35,726 nt of DNA from an uncultured Ruminococcus sp. (GTDB lineage Bacteria > Bacillota > Clostridia > Oscillospirales > CAG-272): NCBI GenBank assembly GCA_902765885.1, contig CACXBN010000186.1, forward strand, positions 1 through 35,726, given 5' to 3'. A program made the translations under genes and the position numbers. The notes beneath the pieces were generated by a model, which worked only from the letters and a program-made list of their open reading frames with translations, made no database searches and was not told the origin of the DNA. The first letter of the stretch is position 1. Every line of letters begins with the position of its first letter. Positions 32,549-35,726 of this stretch are shown piece after piece.

Positions 32549-32648
32549 TATGGCTTAATATGACATTGAAAAAATGCATATCGGATAATAGTTATGTAAG
32601 ACAATAATTGTAATAATTTACAAAGAAAAAAATTGTGTTTTTCATTCA

Positions 32649-32677
32649 TTGCGTGACACGAGGAATAAGAGTATAAT
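32649..32677 (+). promoter_or_regulatory. Sigma-A promoter for purA-guaA
   Basis: -35 TTGCGT (32649-32654), 17-nt spacer, -10 TATAAT (32672-32677), about 63 nt upstream of ATG 32741. Confidence 0.6.
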
Positions 32678-32740
32678 TAATGCATATTGATAATTTTTGC
32701 ACAGTTATATATTAGAATTATTGCAATTATGGGGGCATGT

Positions 32741-34015
32741 ATGTCGAATTGTGCTATAGTAGGAATCAATTGGGGAGACGAAGGAAAGGGAAGAATGGTT
32801 GACCTTCTCACTGACAGCTATGATGTAGTGGTGAGGTACCAAGGAGGAGGAAACGCAGGACATACGGTAATCAATGATATGGGAAGATTTGCTCTTCATC
32901 TTCTTCCATCCGGAATATTTAGAAAAGGTGTTGTAAACGTGCTTGGGAACGGTGTGGCTTTGGACCCGGAAAACTTATTTAAGGAAATAAGCGAAATAAG
33001 TGGAAAAGGGATAGCTATTACGCCCGAGAATCTGAAGATCAGTGACAGAGCACCTATTCTTTTTCCATGGCACAGGCTGCTTGATGAACTTGAAGAAAAA
33101 AGACTTGCCGATAAAAAGTTTGGATCGACAAAACAAGGAATAGCGCCGTACTATTCTGACAAATACGCCAAAAAAACGATTCTAGCAGGAGAACTTATAC
33201 ACTCCGATGCATTATATGATCAAATCAGAGAAATAACAGAATGGAAAAATCTGTCGATTGAGAGAATATATGGGGAACAGCCTGTAAAAATTGAAACGGT
33301 TGCTGAATGGGTAAATAATTATTGTACAAAGATTAAAGATTATATCTGTGATACTGGTGAATACCTTAGAGCAGCCGAAAAAGCAGGAAAAAGAATTCTG
33401 TTTGAGGCACAACTCGGAGCCTTGAGGGATATTGATTACGGTATTCATCCTTACACAACATCATCCAATACGATCGCAGCATATGCACCTATAGGTGCAG
33501 GAGCGCCGGAAATGAAAATTGACCGTGTGGTAGGAGTTGTCAAGGCATATTCAACATGCGTAGGAGAAGGACCGTTTGTATCTGAAATGTTTGGAGATGA
33601 GGCTGCATTTCTCAGAAATGCAGGCGGCGAATACGGCGCTAAAACAGGCAGGCCAAGAAGAGTAGGGGCATTTGATGTTGTGGCAACAAGGTATGGCACA
33701 AGAACACAGGGAGCTACAGAGATAGCGCTAACTAAGCTTGATATACTGAGTAGCCTTGATAAAATACCAGTATGTGTGTCATATGATGTGAACGGAAAAA
33801 TAACAAGAGATTTTCCTTTCCCCTCGTTGTTAGATAAGGCTGAACCGGTTATAGAGTATTTTGACGGTTGGAAAACTGATATTTCAGAAATCAGATCATT
33901 TGATGATCTTCCTGCGGAAGCTCAAAAGTACGTATTGTTTATTGAAAAATCAATTGACTGTAAAATTAGCTATGTATCCGTAGGAGCAGAAAGAGAAAGC
34001 ATAATCATTAGGTAA
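32741..34015 (+). CDS. purA: Adenylosuccinate synthetase
   Basis: MSNCAIVGINWGDEGKGRMVD, GGGNAGHTV, GSTKQGIAPYY and GAKTGRPRRVG. The ORF opens at 32687, but ATG 32741 follows a GGGGG SD and matches the canonical N-terminus. Confidence 0.95.
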   Translation: MSNCAIVGINWGDEGKGRMVDLLTDSYDVVVRYQGGGNAGHTVINDMGRFALHLLPSGIFRKGVVNVLGNGVALDPENLFKEISEISGKGIAITPENLKISDRAPILFPWHRLLDELEEKRLADKKFGSTKQGIAPYYSDKYAKKTILAGELIHSDALYDQIREITEWKNLSIERIYGEQPVKIETVAEWVNNYCTKIKDYICDTGEYLRAAEKAGKRILFEAQLGALRDIDYGIHPYTTSSNTIAAYAPIGAGAPEMKIDRVVGVVKAYSTCVGEGPFVSEMFGDEAAFLRNAGGEYGAKTGRPRRVGAFDVVATRYGTRTQGATEIALTKLDILSSLDKIPVCVSYDVNGKITRDFPFPSLLDKAEPVIEYFDGWKTDISEIRSFDDLPAEAQKYVLFIEKSIDCKISYVSVGAERESIIIR

Positions 34016-34030
34016 GAAAGAGACTGAAAA

Positions 34031-35581
34031 GTGGATAAAATACTTGTACTTGATTTTGGCGGACAATATAATCAGCTTATCGCTCGAAGAGTAAGAGCCC
34101 TCAATGTATATGCAGAAATACTTCCATATACAACTGAAATTAGTGAGATAAAAAAGAATAATTACAAAGGCATTATTTTTACCGGAGGACCAAATTCCGT
34201 TTTTGATACTTCATCTCCCCATTATTCAAAAGATATACTCGAGCTGGGAGTACCTGTCCTTGGAATATGTTATGGATGTCAGCTTATGGCATGGCTTCTT
34301 GGCGGTGAGGTTAGAACTGCACCTGTATCTGAATATGGCAAAATAACACTTGTAAAAGACAAAAACAGCATTCTCCTCGAGGATGTGAAATCAGAAAGTA
34401 CAGTCTGGATGAGTCATACGGATTATGTCAGTAAAGTGCCGAAAGGATTTGATATAACTGCACATACTGAAAACTGTCCATGTGCAGTGTTTGAAAATCC
34501 GGAAAACAGACTATATTCTTTGCAGTTTCATCCGGAAGTAACACATACTGAATTCGGAAATACAATAATAAGTAATTTTGTTAAAAAAATCTGCCTCTGT
34601 TCTTCCGAGTGGCAAATGGACAATTTTGTTGAAAGCAAGATAAGTGAGATCAGAAAGCTGGTAGGGGACAAAAAAGTAATACTCGGATTATCAGGAGGAG
34701 TAGACAGTTCTGTAGCAGCTGCCATTATAAGCAGGGCTATTGGTAAACAATTGACATGCGTTTTTGTCGACCATGGCCTTATGCGCAAGGGTGAAGGGGA
34801 TTTTGTGGAAAAGACTTTCAGCCAACTGTTTGATATGAATTTTGTAAGAATTAATTGCGGGGAGCATTTTTTGAATCAACTAAAGGGTATCACTGATCCT
34901 GAGGAAAAAAGAAAATGTATCAGCCGTGAGTTTTACAACACATTTTGGAATGAAATAAGAGAAATTGCAGGTGGCAATGCTTATTTTGCACAGGGCACAA
35001 TTTATCCAGATAGGATTGAGAGCGGACATGGTGCAACTGATGGCAAAGCAGGCAGTGCAGTGATTAAAACTCATCATAATATGGGGAAAATTCCAAGTGA
35101 TGTCAATTTTCTGGGTATAATAGAGCCCTTAAAAGATTTATTTAAAGACGAAGTAAGAATCGTAGGTGAGCAGTTGAATATTCCCAAAGATTTAGTTTGG
35201 AGACAACCTTTTCCAGGACCTGGGCTTGGTGTCAGAATAATAGGCGAAATAACAGCGGAAAAGGTCAGACTTCTTCAGGATGCAGACTATATACTTAGAG
35301 ATGAAATGTTCAAAAACGGATATGAAAAACAGCTAAGTCAATTTTTCTGTGTTTATACAGGCTCAAAAGCTGTCGGAGTAATGGGTGATCACAGAACCTA
35401 TGAAAATGTTATTGCAATTAGAGCGGTGACAACAGATGATTTTATGACAGCTGATTGGGCAAAAATTCCCTACGATATTTTAACTACTGTTTCAAATAGA
35501 ATTACGAATGAGGTTAGGGGAATAAACAGAATTGTATATGACATAACCTCAAAACCGCCTGCAACTGTCGAGTGGGAGTAG
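34031..35581 (+). CDS. guaA: GMP synthase (glutamine-hydrolysing)
   Basis: The GATase domain has ILVLDFGGQYNQLIARRVR and the nucleophile GICYGCQLM. PP-loop GLSGGVDSSVAA. Canonical C-terminus KPPATVEWE. GTG start 15 nt after the purA stop. Confidence 0.97.
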   Translation: MDKILVLDFGGQYNQLIARRVRALNVYAEILPYTTEISEIKKNNYKGIIFTGGPNSVFDTSSPHYSKDILELGVPVLGICYGCQLMAWLLGGEVRTAPVSEYGKITLVKDKNSILLEDVKSESTVWMSHTDYVSKVPKGFDITAHTENCPCAVFENPENRLYSLQFHPEVTHTEFGNTIISNFVKKICLCSSEWQMDNFVESKISEIRKLVGDKKVILGLSGGVDSSVAAAIISRAIGKQLTCVFVDHGLMRKGEGDFVEKTFSQLFDMNFVRINCGEHFLNQLKGITDPEEKRKCISREFYNTFWNEIREIAGGNAYFAQGTIYPDRIESGHGATDGKAGSAVIKTHHNMGKIPSDVNFLGIIEPLKDLFKDEVRIVGEQLNIPKDLVWRQPFPGPGLGVRIIGEITAEKVRLLQDADYILRDEMFKNGYEKQLSQFFCVYTGSKAVGVMGDHRTYENVIAIRAVTTDDFMTADWAKIPYDILTTVSNRITNEVRGINRIVYDITSKPPATVEWE

Positions 35582-35726
35582 TAAACTGGATTTCGAGAAC
35601 CCTTAGTTTTATTGGGTTCACGGGCATACTCGCTGACTTTTGATAACAAAATGATAACAACCGGAAAAAATCTCATTATTCTTGTTGTTAACGGTTTTTG
35701 AGTGTAAAGCTGAAAAGACCGGTTCA

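Noticed and set aside
32678-32740. Possible purine riboswitch or T-box ahead of purA, and ahead of guaA at 34016-34030
   Set aside because: The leaders are about 60 nt and 15 nt, too short for an aptamer plus expression platform. I saw no conserved junction sequences or terminator/antiterminator pair.
35582-35726. Several weak inverted repeats after guaA (GAACCC/GGGTTC; TAACAAC/GTTGTTA; imperfect AACGGTTTTT/AAAAGACCGGTT at the window edge)
   Set aside because: The stems are short or interrupted and have large loops. None has a convincing adjacent U-tract, and the last one is cut by the window end, so I make no terminator call.

Overview
This is a 35.7-kb chromosomal window from a low/moderate-GC Firmicute that looks Clostridia-like. 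It has GGAGG Shine-Dalgarno sites, AGA/ATA-rich codon usage and sigma-A type TTGACA/TATAAT promoters. I call 22 protein genes and 3 tRNAs, most of them on the + strand and most of them housekeeping. In order they are: the 3' part of addA; the conserved yybS-gdpP-rplI-dnaB cluster; dxs; a nitroreductase; tRNA-Arg; a ~1430-aa fused double activase plus dehydratase-like protein followed by an alpha/beta hydrolase; a minus-strand DUF1836-like/NfeD/flotillin operon; a five-gene Opp/Dpp-type ABC importer plus a DUF3899-like membrane protein; a cytoplasmic GH31 glycosidase; a tRNA-Met/tRNA-Glu pair; a membrane-anchored phosphodiesterase-LamG fusion; and purA-guaA. I see no CRISPR array, transposase, integrase, phage gene, toxin-antitoxin pair or recognisable defence gene, so I cannot support a claim of a novel defence or mobile system here. 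Three things deserve a second look. (1) The Opp-like importer is expanded in every component: an ~860-aa lipoprotein binding protein, a ~190-aa extra ectodomain in the OppC-like permease, a ~375-aa Lys/Glu-rich insertion inside the OppD-like ATPase and a ~45-aa helical insertion in the OppF-like ATPase. (2) The DUF1836-like HTH gene is translationally coupled to NfeD-flotillin, and a perfect 12-bp palindrome sits inside its promoter spacer. (3) The giant fused BcrAD/BadFG activase plus HgdB-like protein of unknown substrate is tightly followed by a hydrolase. All family assignments come from motifs read by eye in the supplied translations; no database search was run.
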